Shown: positions 38,578 to 52,395, numbered from the stretch's first letter. The stretch is 64,000 nt of DNA from Eledone cirrhosa (GCA_964016885.1 OZ024752.1:16864001-16928000); one strand, 5' to 3'. The notes: generated by a model not told the origin, from the sequence alone. A program made the numbers and translations.

Positions 38578-38812
38578 ATAGCATGAAGGTTGCGTTGTCA
38601 GCAAAGCCACAAACCAGTTTTTGGAGGATCACCACGGGCGTATGTTACACAATCTCAAGTAGATATGTGCGACTTTTCAGCCACACTTCGCTCAACTGTT
38701 CGAGATCAGTGTTAGGTCGGATTGCGGGAGGACTTTATTACTTACCTTGACGGCCTGCCGCGACTCCCGTCCACGGAGGCGGACTGATGCGAAAAGCTGA
38801 TAAAAACTGCTG
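38578..38812 (+). pseudogene. Old Tx1 ORF2 fragment
   Basis: Reads HEGCVV..CATFQPHFAQLF..DGLPRL..CEK across frames, homologous to 55585-55890. Confidence 0.65.
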
Positions 38813-39293
38813 AAATGGATTCTATAAAAGTTTTAATGTTTAAATTTTAGTTGAGATTCACAAAGGTGGCTTAAAAGCCATTGAGGATTTCATAAATATG
38901 AAAAAGTTTAAAGTTTAAAGAAGGGCAGATCTGGCTGTGGGAAAGCAGAAGAAAGGACTATAAATGCTATAAATTAAAGAAAAGGGCGGGAAAAGGCAAG
39001 GACTCGTGGGCCACAGAAGAAAGGGAGGGAGAGTGGAAAGGACTCTAGGTCTAGGGTGTTTGGGCTGCACCCTACGGACAAAACTCCAAAGGCATTTTCG
39101 TGGACAATTGCTAGCGACATCCACTGCAACAACCACCCAACATCGTGGAGCTCCTTCCTCAGACGGGCTGCTGACGTTCCGATTTTGCAGAGGAGCTCGG
39201 CAATACAAGGTATTTGTTTATCTTCCCTTTTCTCTGCATAGCGGGCTGCAGTACCGGGGTTTGTGGCCGAAGCGAGAAGTTGGAGGCAGAGAA

Positions 39294-39594
39294 CTAGTCA
39301 CATGTGGTGTCCCAGATGAGGGATCTACCTCCTTCGAATGGGAAGAGGGTAATTCCACCGGGGCGCTTCCCGTCTCCGCGATCGAGGCCTGCTGGCTCCA
39401 GTTGTGATGAGAAGCCAGCTGCATCTAGGCTCCTTCTCAATATGTCGTTGAGAGAGGCATGTCGGGGGAACTGGTCTGCGCTCTGGCGGAATGACACTGG
39501 CTGCAGGCCAAACTTGTCAAAAGCAGCTCCACATGTGTGGCTCACACATGCGGAGGCCGAGTCATTGGGTCACTCCAGTGCGAATGCATTCGTC
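39294..39594 (-). pseudogene. CRE-like RLE fragment
   Basis: HASLNDILRRSLDAAGFSSQLEPAGLDRGDGKRPGGITLFPFEGGRSLIWDTTC. Confidence 0.8.
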
Positions 39595-39972
39595 ATCCTT
39601 TGGATCTTATTCAAGTTGTTTAGTCAGCAATTTCTTTGGTCGATACATGGTTTCTAGGTTTTAATTGTTAATCTTTTAGTCTAAAGACTTATGGGCTTTT
39701 GTTTACCGATTATTTTCTGTCATTTCTTGACAAGTACTAATATATTAGGGTAACGCTTGAAATTAAATAGATTGAAGGGACGGGCGGGTGGAATTGGAAC
39801 AAATGTCTTTAGATAAAAATAACAGGTCCATTCATCTTGACATCTATTATCTATATCTATATCTATATATAATATATAAAACAAAGGAATCGCGGTAAGG
39901 AACCAGATGGACCATAACGCACCAGAGTACTCAATACTTAGGGTAGTAGAGTGGGAAATAGGAAAAAGTATG

Positions 39973-40069
39973 ACCCCGACGGCAGAGCTCAAGCCGTTTC
40001 GACGGCTATTTCTGGACTAAATTAGAATGTTTAGCCTGGTGAATAAATAGCCGAACTTGTCAAGGGGGT
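39973..40069 (-). ncRNA. Hammerhead ribozyme, family 2
   Basis: Reverse complement of 15872-15968. Confidence 0.8.
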
Positions 40070-42357
40070 ACTTCCTTATTTGGGAAGATGTAGTTGTCAA
40101 GAGGATTGGTTAAAATTTGTTGTAAACAAATAAGTCTATCACAGCATTTGGTGGGAGGTAGGGGTGGCTGAACTTGCCTGTAGAACAATGGGGGAGTGAG
40201 TGGAGTCGGTCAAGCGTTGAAAGTGATATGTATACAACAGATTCTAAGGATAGTGTATGAAATGGAGGAGGGAGGTTATAGAATAGGTAATTCGAATGAG
40301 AGTAGCAGACAATAAAAGATGATAGAAACATAATTGAAAGAAACACTCACACCAATCACTGACCAGGAAAGAAATATCATTCTCCACGCCAGGAAGGCAG
40401 TCCTACTTTTCGACAACTCCAAGTGGATAAAGAGAGCTCCCGACTCCCCCTTCGACGTCAGTATGGGCGCGACGGATTCGGCCGAGGTCACAGATCTTAT
40501 AGGATTATTCCTACTATTTAAACTCACCAAAATGTTTCCTGCATTCGGCGGTGGATTGTACCAGGATGATGGGCTCCTCACCCTCAAAGGGTACAACCGC
40601 AGTAGTACAGACCGGGTCTGTAAACAACTAATCAACTTCTTCCGGGACTGGGGATTTAAAATCACCCTACAAACGTCCCTAACCCGAGTCAATTTGCTGG
40701 ACGTTACCCTTAACCTCGAAAATGATCTGTACTATCCATACCGGAAATCAAACGACAACCTGCACTACATCCACCGCCGCTCTAACCATCCTAGAAACAT
40801 CACCAATAACCTGGTTAAAAACATCTCTCTCCACATATCTCGTTTGTCCGCTAATGAGCAGATATTCGATGAACATGCGCCTCATTACAACCAGGCCCTC
40901 AAGCGGAGTGGCTTCCGGGAGGAAATATCCTTTTATCCAACTTCCCTTAGCGGAACCAGCAGGCGACACCGCCACTCACGCAACGTAACGTGATTCAATC
41001 CTCCCCATAATGCCGAGGTGGCAACACCCATCGGGAAAATCTTTTTTAGGCTCCTCGAAAAACACTTCCCATTATAACACCGCTACCACAACATAATCAA
41101 CAAAAATACCATCAAACTCTCCTACAGCACTACACCTAACTTTGCACAAAACATCGTCTCCTCTAACAACAAAAAAACTCAACCCCTATGGAAGAAACAA
41201 CCTAGACATCAGGGAGAGCCGACAGGAGGTGTAACTGCCCTGATAGATTTACGTGCCCCCTCAACAACAAATGCCGAGAACGCAACGTGATCTACCAGTG
41301 CAACGTGAGGACGGACACCCCCAACAAAGCTTATATAGGATTAACCGCGTGTGACTTCAAGACCCGGCTCTACCAACACCGACATACTTTCCGAAATCCG
41401 GTCAGGCGACATGCCACTACACTTTCGGGCCACATCTGGGACCTCCAAGTTAATAATATAACCTACAATCTCACTTGGAACTTACTGTCCAGAGCTAACT
41501 CTTACACGGGAGGACGTCGCCCGTGTAAATTATGCTCGGAGGAAACATTACAAATGCTGTTTTCGAAGGACCAACTCCTAAACAAGAAAGACGAACTGGT
41601 AACCGCATGCAAACACAGATTGTGTAGGACTTACCTCGCCCTCAAATCCCATAACGACCCGGGTGGGTAGACAAGGGCTGATACCCCCCACTTGCCGAAT
41701 AAGTTAGGGGAAACCCCAGCTTACATAGGTAGATGTATCTTTTTTCTTTTCCTCTTTGTCTTCTTCTTCCCCCTGTCTCATCCTATCACTTCCTTCGACC
41801 CCCTATTTTCTTCCTCGTCTGCTTTTCCCCTTTCGCCTACCCCGATGCAGCCCATCGGGCCTCTGTAGCATCAGTTCCCCCACCCCTGTAATTTTAAGAT
41901 AGAATTGGCCGAATACGTTTTACTAACTACTTATAGCAGACGTGTTAAACCCCTTAATTCTGTATCAGTTCTGGTACTACAAGTTTTTTCTACAAGTTTT
42001 TTCTATTCTTAACTTATTAACCTGTAATTGTCAGATAGCATTGTGATTTTTTTTATTCATTTCTCACTATCTAATTTTATATATTTTTTTATTTCTTTCT
42101 ATTATCTTTTATTGTTTCCTACTCTCATTCGATTTACCTATTCTATAACCTCCCTCTTCCATTTCATACACTATCCTTAGAATCTGCTGTATACGTATCT
42201 CTTTCAACGCTTGGCCGACTCCACTCCCTCCCCTATTGTTCTACAAGCAAGTTCAGCCACCCCTACCTCCCACCAAATTCCATGATAGACTTATTTGTGT
42301 TTACAACAAATTTTAACCAATCCTCTTGACAACTACAATCTTCCCATATAAGGAAGT

Positions 42358-42453
42358 ACCCCCTTGACAAGTTCGGCTATTTATTCACCAGGCTAAAAAT
42401 TCTAATTTAGTCCAGAATAGCCGTCGAAACGGCTTGAGCTCTGCCGTCGGGGT
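42358..42453 (+). ncRNA. Hammerhead ribozyme, family 2
   Basis: TTGACAA at 42364-70, GAAA at 42426-29, GTC at 42446-48, stem I CCCC/GGGG. Confidence 0.8.
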
Positions 42454-42463
42454 CATACTTTTT

Positions 42464-42996
42464 CCTATAATATATAAAAGAGAGATGTTTCTTGGTTGGT
42501 TGGTTTCATCACATAAGAATTACACACATACACATACATAGAGACTGCTTCCAGAATATATTTTCTTATCCCGTTTGTAAAATAAGTTGGATTACTTTGA
42601 ATAAATAATGAATGAATATTACATAATTTATCTACTAAATTTCGTTATTCTTGATTAAATATAAATAATTTTGTTGGTTATTTTAAGATTCACTTCTTTA
42701 AAATTTTCCACTGTCAACACTTCCGGTTAGCGATCGCTTAAATAAACATTCATATATTTCTGACACTAATTTTCTCCTAATGCAGTTTATATATATTGTC
42801 TTTTTTAATGTATCATGGATTACGTTACTGATTACATAAGACAGTGTAACGCAGTCTTCGTTCAATTTCTGTGTATATTGTCAATTACGATTTTATTTGA
42901 TGTATCATATCTACATGTATATATACTTGCGTATAATATCAATATACACACTACACATGCTAGCAGAAAACCATTAGAAGGGTGGTTTTTCTGCTA
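42464..42996 (+). mobile_element. Non-autonomous Helitron-like repeat
   Basis: Starts near CTATAATATATAAAAGAGAG and ends in a hairpin + CTAG (42993-96); inverted copy at 2227-3202. The 5' boundary is approximate. Confidence 0.55.
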
Positions 42997-42999
42997 GAA

Positions 43000-43080
43000 A
43001 TATATAAAGACAGAGACAGAGAGGGAGATCTGTGCGTTCTTGATTGTTTCGCGGCCAACATCTCTAATTGCCTCAGTGAA

Positions 43081-43155
<75 letters not shown>

Positions 43156-46100
43156 GCGTCCCACAATAGATCAGTCTCAGTAGGTTTCTCGTTTTACACC
43201 AGTCATTGAAAGTTAAGTCATACTAACTACAACACAAACCTATTTTACAGAACACAGAAAAAATTGTTACTATTTGAAATTAATCTGCAGTGTATATTGT
43301 TTCAGCTTTTTGAGGATAGTGTCATATTATTATTGACCTAATTCAGATGACAGTGTGTCAACCTATTCTCTAAGGCTGAGATTTGCATTTATTTCTATTT
43401 TTTTTTATATTGCTTTGTATTGTTTATTTTTTTTCACGATATTTTCCAAGAAAATTAATTTCATCATGTCACAAACACGCCGTTCATCTAACGGTGTAGT
43501 TACAGTGGCCACCAAAACGGTTGAAGTCGTCAAGCGAAAGGGAAACTCAGAGACTGGACACAGAAAGATTAAGACAACAAGAAAGACGATCGCAACTTTC
43601 TGAAAGTGAACAAAACTTGAGAAGGGAAACAGAAAAATTAAGGCAAGAAGAAAGACAATCGCAACAAATGGAGGTTGAATATGAAAATCAACGACAAGCA
43701 ATGAGAGTTGCGTAGTAAACACAACGGACCCAAAGGACTCTACAACGCCGAACAAACTGGCTAAGAGCTGCGTTTTCATATGATCCATCGAGAAATTATA
43801 GAAATGATCGTAAAGTCGCTATTGGTTGCATGGATATTATATGCAGTAATTGTGGAGCGAGAAAATGAAAAGGAGAAACACTTGGCATGTGTTGCTTAGG
43901 AGAAAAGGTCAGATTTCAACTGATAGAAGACCCTCCACCTGTTATTCGTATACTGCTTACAGACCATACTAATGAAGCAAAACACTTCAAAAGCAATGTT
44001 ATTCGGTATAATGCTGCATTTCAGATGACGTCCTTTGGAGCTGAAAAAAATCATACTAAAACTATGGTTTTTTCACAACATTTAAAATCCAAGGACAATA
44101 CTACCATTTAATTCGCAGTCTACTCCCCCAACCTAATGAGGAACCAAAATTCATTCAAGTTTACTTTTTGGGCATTAACGAACAAGAAGCTACTTAACGA
44201 TGCAGAAATATTTCCGCTGGTCTTCAGCGGTCTGCAAAATATGCTTCATAAAGACCATCATTACATAAGAATATTCAAATTTGCCTTAGAAAAACAAAAG
44301 ACAAACACCATGTATAAAAATACTATTAGACCTGATAAAAAACCAGCAAAAGAACACAAACGACGTGACAGCAAACCACTGGAAGACGAAATGGCTGTAC
44401 TGTTGGTCAATGAACAAAATAATCCAGAGACATCATTGTACAGGAAAGATTTGGCCAATTAGGAAGAATTTCAGAGACACACAGAACATACGACGCTCTT
44501 CAGTATCCTTTGATTTTTTTCGAGAGGTCTAGATGGATGCAACTTCGCCTTAGGACAAGTAAACCCCAGTACAGGCGAGGAAACTAATAAATCGGTCAGT
44601 TGCAAAATGTTTTATTCGTTTCACTTCATGGTAAGAGATTGCTTTAACCTTATCCTAAGAACGTGAAGACTTACAAGCCAATTAATGGTTGATGTTTATG
44701 CCAAGATTGAAGCTGAACAGTTGGCATTCATTAAAAACAACCAAGCTAAACTTAGAGCAGCGCAATAATCCATTAGGGAGACGCCATTATAACTGATGGA
44801 ATGAATCCTTCCAGTGTTGGTCAGCCAGTCATTCTGCCATCTAGCTTCACATGCAGTCCATGCTATATGGCTGAGTGCACATAAGATGCCATGGCATCTG
44901 TAAGAAAATTTGGTTGTCCAGATCTTTTCATTACATTTACATGCAATCCTACGTGGCCAGAAATTCAAAATGAACTGTTTGAACACCAATATGCAAAAGA
45001 TAGACATGACATCTTTGCCAGAGTTTTTAATGAGAAACAGAAGAACTTGATGTGGCTGCTAAAAGATGGACAACTCTTTGGCGAACTAAGATGTTGGCTT
45101 TACACTATTGAATGGCAGAAAAGTGGTCGTCCTCATTCCCATACGCTAATTTGGTGTTCAGACCACATTCACTCAGATCAAATTGATAAAATCATAAGCG
45201 CCGAATTGCCCGATCCTGATGAAGACCCAGAACTATTTGCCATTATCTCAAAATAAATTATACATGGTCCATGTGGCAGTATCAACCCTAAGTGTGTGTG
45301 CATGGCAAACAACAAATGTGAAAAAAGACATCTAAGGCGTTTTCAATAAGAAACCGTAACTAGTGATAACAGATATCCCCAATACAGACGGAGAAGTCCT
45401 CAATGTGGCGGATAAACTGCGATTATCAAGATACGAGGGAAAGACGTTCAGATTTGGTAACAATTGGGTCGTTCCCTACAATCTCCTGCAAAATCCTTGA
45501 TGCTCACATCAATTGTGAGTACAACGCATCAGTAAAATCAATTAAGTATGTTTGTAAATATGTCAACAAAAGTAGTGATATGGCAACTTTTACTATTGGT
45601 GGTGATAACCAATAGAATGAAGTTAAAACATACCTAATAGGGAGATATATTTTTAGCAATGAAGCCACATGGAGAATCTTTGGTTTTGACATACACAATA
45701 GACACTCAGCAGTAGTGAACCTTGCAGTCCATATGGAAAATGGTCAGAGGGTATATTACACTGAAGAAAATGCACAATTGATTGCTGCGTCTCCTCCAGA
45801 CACAACACTCACTGCTTTTTTTAAGCTTTGTAGAGAAGATGCCTTTACTAAAACCTTGCTTTATCATGAGGTTCCCACATTCTACACATGGAATAAAAAG
45901 AAATGGAGCAGACGAAAGATTGGCAATCATGTGGATGCATACTATATTGCACAGGATATATTAAAGCAAATGAATTATGACATCAACAAGCTTACACAAT
46001 ATGCCAATGAAAATGAAGAAAAGCTGATTGAAGATCAAAGAACTGCTTATGAAAAGATATTGACCAGTATCGACCAGAATGAAGGAGGCCGTTACTTTCT

Positions 46101-47465
46101 GGATGCTCCAGGAGGAACTGGTAAAACCTTCATAATAAATCTCATATTGGCGAAAGTAAGGCAGCGAAAGCAAGTTGCTTTAGCGGCTCCATCAAGTGGT
46201 ATTGCTGCTACCTTACTTGATGGAGGCAAAACAGGACCCTCAACGTTCAAGTTGGCATTGATTATCACAAGAGAAGAGTCACCTTCGTGCAATATCAAAA
46301 AGAACATACCAAAAGCAAAGCTTTTAGAGAAATGCTCCTCCGTGATCATATAGGATGAGGCCACAATGGCACATAGAAAGTTATTTGAGGCTCTGGACAT
46401 TCTTTAAGAGACATTAGAGGATGTAATGAAATCATGGGAGGAGTAACGATGGTGCTTGTTGGTGACTTCGGACAGATTCTTCCCGTCGTTCCTAAAGGCA
46501 CGAGAGCTGATATTGTAAACACTTGCCTGAAAGTCTGAACTATATGGCAATAAGTCCAGCGATTACCCTTGAGGACAAACATGACTGTGCAGTTGTACAA
46601 TGACGCAGAAATTGATACTTTTGCAAAACAACTAATTACACTGGGTGATGGAAATCTGCAGCTAGATGAAAATGGAGAAGTCAATCTTCCATTTGAAAAT
46701 GTCTGTAATACAACAAATGAAGTAATTGATCAAGTATTTCCAAATGTTGCCTCAAATTATATCAGTCAATCATGGCTGTTTGAGCGATCGATTTTAGCGC
46801 CAAAAAATAATATGGTAAATCCTAGAGGAGGTTCATACATATGTCTCCATTGACAAGATTGAAAAGGATGACAAAGCTGTTAATTATCCTGCAAATTTCC
46901 TTAATAGTCCGGAACTTCCTGGACTTCCTCCACACAAATTAACTCCCATCATCCTTTTGAGAAACCTGGACCCACCACGTCTATGCAATGGCACACGCCT
47001 AATAGTGAGGCGGTTGATGAAACATCTCCTATAGGTCACTATTCTTGGAGACAACCATCAAGGGGGAAGTGCGTTTATTCCAAAGATTCCACTCATCCCT
47101 TTCTCTACTGAGCTGCCATTCAAATTCTCAAGACTTCAGTTCCCTGTTAGAGCCAGTTTTGCTATGACGGTAAATAAAGCTCAGGGTCAGAGTCTCAAAG
47201 TTGTAGGATTGAATTTGAGAGAATCAGTTTTTACCCATGGTTGGTTGTTCACGAATGGGGACATCTAGAAATCTTCATATACTATGCATGAATAGTAAAA
47301 CAAAGAATCTGGTGTATCTGGAAGTTTTTTTACTTTTTTGTCACACGCACACCACGGTCTCGCCTCACACTGTAAACCAGCAACGTCTCTAATACAGTTA
47401 GTTTCTATTCTACCTGTTTTCTCTTATCAACTGTTCACCCGGACAAATCCAGGTACCTCATCTAG
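43000..47465 (+). mobile_element. Decayed autonomous Helitron (RepHel pseudogene)
   Basis: Rep motifs PDLFITFTCNPTWPEI, EWQKSGRPHSH and KSIKYVCKYVNK. Pif1 helicase motifs DAPGGTGKT, GDFGQILPV and QFPV..FAMTVNKAQGQSL. The 3' hairpin CCCGGACAAATCCAGG is followed by CTAG|T at 47462-47466. The 5' end is uncertain. Confidence 0.9.
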
Positions 47466-47523
47466 TATAGATATAAACGAAAGATTAAACAAGGATTAAG
47501 CAAGGATTATTATTATAATATTT

Positions 47524-47636
47524 AATTGTTTCTACTTTTGGCACAAGGCCAGCAATTACCCAGTACATTACTGGTACTTTATTTTATCGACCCCGTAAGG
47601 ATGAAAGGCAAAGTTAACCTCGGCGGGATTTGAACT
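47524..47636 (-). mobile_element. SINE fragment
   Basis: Same family as 19552-19742. Confidence 0.8.
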
Positions 47637-48113
47637 TATTATAATATTTAATAGATTTACGACTATTTCGTTAGACAAATAAGAATATTCCATTCCTGCA
47701 AACGTTTACGTTTTTCATTTATCCTCTCACTGCGATTTTAAAATATGTAAAGTATTATTTGTATTTGATTGATTCTGAGGAGTTATTCTGGAAGGAATGG
47801 AATATTCTTGTTATTCTCAGGAAACAGTCGTAAATGTACTAAATGTTATCTTTGTTCAATCTTTCGTTTTTATATATATGCTTTGTGATATTATAACACT
47901 ACTGTGATTGGAAATTTGCCCATTGGATTAAACTCTGAAATGTTTATTATCTATTTTACTGTGGACTATAAAATCATATTGGGCTTTAAAATAGTTTGCC
48001 TTTACAAAAGGTTACATTATCAATTCTCTCTACCCCTCTCTCTATATATATTACATATATACATTCATGAATACACACACACGCGCGCGCACACACACAG
48101 ACACAGACACACA

Positions 48114-48180
<67 letters not shown>

Positions 48181-48820
48181 AGTATATATGATTCCAGTTC
48201 CTCAGAGGAATAACAACACAACCAGGAGCTGGACATATCGATGTATTGACGGAGTAAAACACACTTCAACAACATGTGTACCTGTCTTTCCCACACCAAT
48301 TCGGACTGCCTGAAGAGGTCACAGCCAATGATGGCTGTCACCGAAATATATATAGCAGTATATCTATAATTTATAATAAACGAAGCCAAATTTTACATAT
48401 TTGACTTAATTATTTTATATATATATGAGTGTGTGTACGTATATGTGTGTATGAATGTATGTACGTATGTGTAATTTCTGAGTTAAGTGAAAGAAAAGCT
48501 CAATATATTCGGTGGAATTTATGGTTTATGCAAAGTTTATATCAAATAGTTAACACAATACTTCATTAATCCAAACATAAATTCTTTTGATCTTTAAGGG
48601 GTGTGTAATGAATAAAACACATCCACACGGCCTCCATCACAGCAGTTATATTGTAGCTGTTGAAGTCAACCTAAGCAACCTTCCATAGAATACATATACA
48701 CCAACTGGCAGTATTTTGACGAACTACACAAAGCTCACAATTAGCAACTTCAAGAGAAGTTACTATCAGTAGACACATTTCTAGGAACAGTTAACACTTT
48801 ACATTCCTGTCAAAATTTCT

Positions 48821-49280
48821 CTAGAATACCAGAGACCAAGGACATATCCACTCTGCTGTGACGTGAAATATTATCGACAGATCTACTTCATTTTCCAATT
48901 GATTGCATAATTGTGGACTTTTCCTATCCAGAAAGTTCCAGATACGGAAACAGTAGTCCATAATGTCCCTCAATAGAGAATCCGAAGTTTGTCCAAATGT
49001 CGTTACAGGTGGACATTCCTTTTGAAAAACTCTAAGCTGGCTACACTTTTCAAGACATGCGTTATAAATTCGAAATCCCGAAGGCAAGTGGTCGATCGCC
49101 GTAGTTTCTCTTGCAATAGAACCAACAACAATATTCCTCTATATTGACCATTTAGCCCACGTGACTTTCATTACGAGCAATAAGGATTTAGTTCAAAAGA
49201 GAGTTGTGGTTGGTTTTATCACTTTCAACAAAAGTCGCTGTTCGAATAACTACCGTGGTATCCCTTTGATGGATACTGTG
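48821..49280. pseudogene. Degraded RTE-like RT fragments
   Basis: NNYRGIPLMD on +; Q(L)PSGFR..EKC on -; weak. Confidence 0.4.
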
Positions 49281-49303
49281 GCCAACATATTCTCTGTCCC
49301 CCC

Positions 49304-49376
49304 TCTTCTTCTTCTTCTTCTTCTTCTTCTTCTTCTTCTTCTTCTTCTTCTTCTTCTTCTTCTTCTTCTTCTTCTT
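49304..49376. repeat. (TTC)n microsatellite
   Basis: Direct reading. Confidence 0.98.
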
Positions 49377-49979
49377 GAACTCACCCGACTCAATCAAAAT
49401 GTTTTCAGGCTGATATTTCTAATTAGTATTTTAATGCCATATCAAATATGATAACATTAACTTGACTATTCTTTTTTATGCAGATGGAGTCTCTGAGTCA
49501 TTTCTCACTAATTTATTTTTTAAAACTTTAACTCAATAGATAGGAGCTTAGTTTCTTCTTGTAGGACACAACACGCTCTAACCTCTACGCCACACACACA
49601 CACACACATATACATACAGGAACGTAGATACATGTATACCCTCAACACCCATATACATACCATGCACATGTCGTGTCTGTACTCACTATTTAACTTACAC
49701 TCACACACACTCGCTTCTTTTCAGCCACCATACTTACATCAACACACACACACATCTACATCTACACATACACATACACACTTTACCTTCCGCTGTCTCT
49801 TTCTAGACTCAGTAATTTTGCAGCTCCCCTCCTCTACCCTCTCTCCCCTTCTTCCCCTCAACCCACCCACACCCACGCTACCACACCCATACCCCCCCTC
49901 CATCCTGGATCTATACGCCCTACCCTTTAATTTTTATTATTATATTGTATTTTTTACAGTGTGGGTTGGGCACTTTTTA

Positions 49980-50560
49980 CCCTGTCTCTAATCCACTGTG
50001 CTATGACACATTCTGTTACTTTCATCACCTGGTCCATCAGTTTTATACCTCTATAGTTACCTCTAACTAGTGTATCTCCTTTACCCTTATAGCAATTGAC
50101 AATGATGCTGCTGTCCCACTCATTTGGTATGACGCCATCTAGTATTACTTGGTTAACAATACGTGTGGTTATGGTGTGACCTACCGACCCAGATGCTTTC
50201 AGCATCTCAGCAACTATTCATGATGAACCGTCTGCTTTTCCAGCTTTCATATCCTTAATTGCCTTACTAACTATGCTGCTGTTGACTTGTACTGCTGGGC
50301 CCTCAATGGGGTCCGCTTGGGGTAGGGTCTCTTTCTCCCATGCATTCTCTTCATTCAGTAATCTTTCATAATGGTTCTTCCACACATCATTCTTCTCAGC
50401 ACCTGTGAGAGCAAGTGCACCTTTATCATCCTGGACACACTTCCCACCAATTACATCACAATTTTCTCTAACACACTGCCTCACAATCCTGAACACCTCC
50501 TCTTTCCGGTCCTTACACTGCAACACATGCTTCAATTTTTTATCCTCCGCATCCCTTCTA
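49980..50560 (-). pseudogene. RTE-clade LINE fragment (pre-RT and RT start)
   Basis: WKNHYERLLN, KAIKDMKAGKA and IPNEWDSSIIVNCYKGKGD..NYRGIKLMD. Confidence 0.8.
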
Positions 50561-50648
50561 ACAAAGTGTACACAAATATATATATATATTTATAAGAACA
50601 GATTAAAGTATATATATATATATATATATATATATAGGAACCAGTAAG

Positions 50649-50743
50649 ACCCCGACAGCTGAGCTCAAGCCGTTTCGACGGCTAATTCTGGACTAAATGA
50701 AAATTTATCCTGGTATTTAAATAGCCGATCTTCTCAAGGGGTA
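50649..50743 (-). ncRNA. Hammerhead ribozyme, family 2
   Basis: Reverse complement of 51709-51803. Confidence 0.78.
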
Positions 50744-51105
50744 ATTCCATATATGGTCAAAGTGATTGTCAAAAATCAGTAGTAATTCTGTGGTTGCAAA
50801 TTAGTAGGGGAGATGGTGGCTAAACCTGCCAGTAGGAGAAAGAGGGGAGGGGGTGGAGTAGACCCAATCAAGCGTTGGTAGTGCCAGCTACAGCTGGGCA
50901 TGAGGTCAAAGAAGATACAGGGGAGGGGGAGGGGGAGGAAGTCGGAACGGTAGGTAGAACAATGGGGGGGGTAGAAATAGGAAAGAAAAAATACTGAGAG
51001 TGAAGAAAAGCAAATAAGTGTAAAGAAAAAAGTAAAGTAAATTAAATTCTACGACCTAGGTCTCTAGCTATTGTTAGGCGAGAATAAAATAAAGAAAGAA
51101 AGAAG

Positions 51106-51136
<31 letters not shown>

Positions 51137-51708
51137 GGAAATAAGTAAAAGAACTAGGTGGGACGGGATAGGCAAGGACCCTTTTAAGAGGTATAAGTAC
51201 GTAAATGATACGGTGACGGGTCAACAAAAGGGGCCAAAATACTAAAGAGACTACCACGAAATAAACAATAAAGGTTTCCATCCCGGGCCAGCAACGACCC
51301 AGTGCAGCAAAGTGAACTTGTACGAGATAATAATTCTGAGTCCCGAGAAAAATATATACTAATGCTAACTCTAAAAGATCTAAAACAAGCTACATGAGGT
51401 CGTAGAATTTAATTTACTTTACTTTTTTCTTTACACTTATTTGCTTTTCTTCACTCTCAGTATTTTTTCTTTCCTATTTCTAACCCCCATTGTTCTACCT
51501 ACCGTTCCGACTTCCTCCCCCTCCCCCTCCCCTGTATCTTCTTTGACCTCATGCCCAGCTGTAGCTGGCACTACCAACGCTTGATTGGGTCTACTCCACC
51601 CCCTCCCCTCTTTCTCCTACTGGCAGGTTTAGCCACCATCTCCCCTACTAATTTGCAACCACAGAATTACTACTGATTTTTGACAATCACTTTGACCATA
51701 TATGGAAT

Positions 51709-51803
51709 TACCCCTTGAGAAGATCGGCTATTTAAATACCAGGATAAATTTTCATTTAGTCCAGAATTAGCCGTCGAAACGGCTTGAGCTCAGCTGTCGG
51801 GGT
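51709..51803 (+). ncRNA. Hammerhead ribozyme, family 2
   Basis: ACCCC TTGAGAA (51715-21) GA-T-CGGCTA..TAGCCG-TC GAAA (51776-79) CGGC TTGAGCTCA GCTG TC GGGGT. Confidence 0.78.
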
Positions 51804-51894
51804 CTTACTGGTTCCTATGACCCACTCTACTACCTCAAGTATTGAGTACTTTGGTGCGTTATGGTCCACCTGGTTCCTTACCACATTTCCTTCG

Positions 51895-51955
<61 letters not shown>

Positions 51956-52320
51956 ATCTGAGTTTTTCGAATATTAGTAATAATATTTGCTCTGCTAAAG
52001 AATGGTGAGGTCTGCAAAAATGGTCAGGTGTGTACAATCACCCCCCCCCCACACACAACACACACACACATTTTTTTTTTCAAGGTTCAATTATGCTAAG
52101 CAGACAAAAGGAATTTCTTTAAGTGGCTGTGTGAAAGTCTACAGAATGGTCGGGTCTTTACAATCACACACAGACTCACATGCGCACACATACACCCACA
52201 CTCGCACACACCCACACACACACAAACACCCACATGTGTGCATATACATACATACATACATACTTATAAATAAACACATATTCTTTTACTCTTTTACCTG
52301 TTCCAGCCATCCATACACAT

Positions 52321-52321
<1 letters not shown>

Positions 52322-52395
<74 letters not shown>
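52322..52395. repeat. (TATC)n microsatellite
   Basis: Direct reading; partner tract at 58220-58302 followed by (TC)n. Confidence 0.98.

Larger units (their letters stand above)
39884..42467 (+). mobile_element. Penelope-like element: inverted pLTR, partial RT, GIY-YIG, 3' pLTR
   Basis: RT 40334-40993 with an in-frame TGA replacing the W of WFNPP. GIY-YIG 41287-41670 (IYQC..YIGLT..FKTR..H, CKLCSEE, CKH). pLTRs at 39884-40330 (-) and about 42090-42467 (+). Confidence 0.92.
50635..51896. mobile_element. ORF-less Penelope derivative made of two inverted pLTRs
   Basis: 50635-51059 is the near-identical reverse complement of 51396-51817; (TA)n on both sides. Confidence 0.85.

Noticed and set aside
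43446-47330. Domesticated Helitron or Pif1 host gene
   Set aside because: Many stops and frameshifts plus an internal deletion; the terminal hairpin-CTAG is intact, so this is a decayed transposon.
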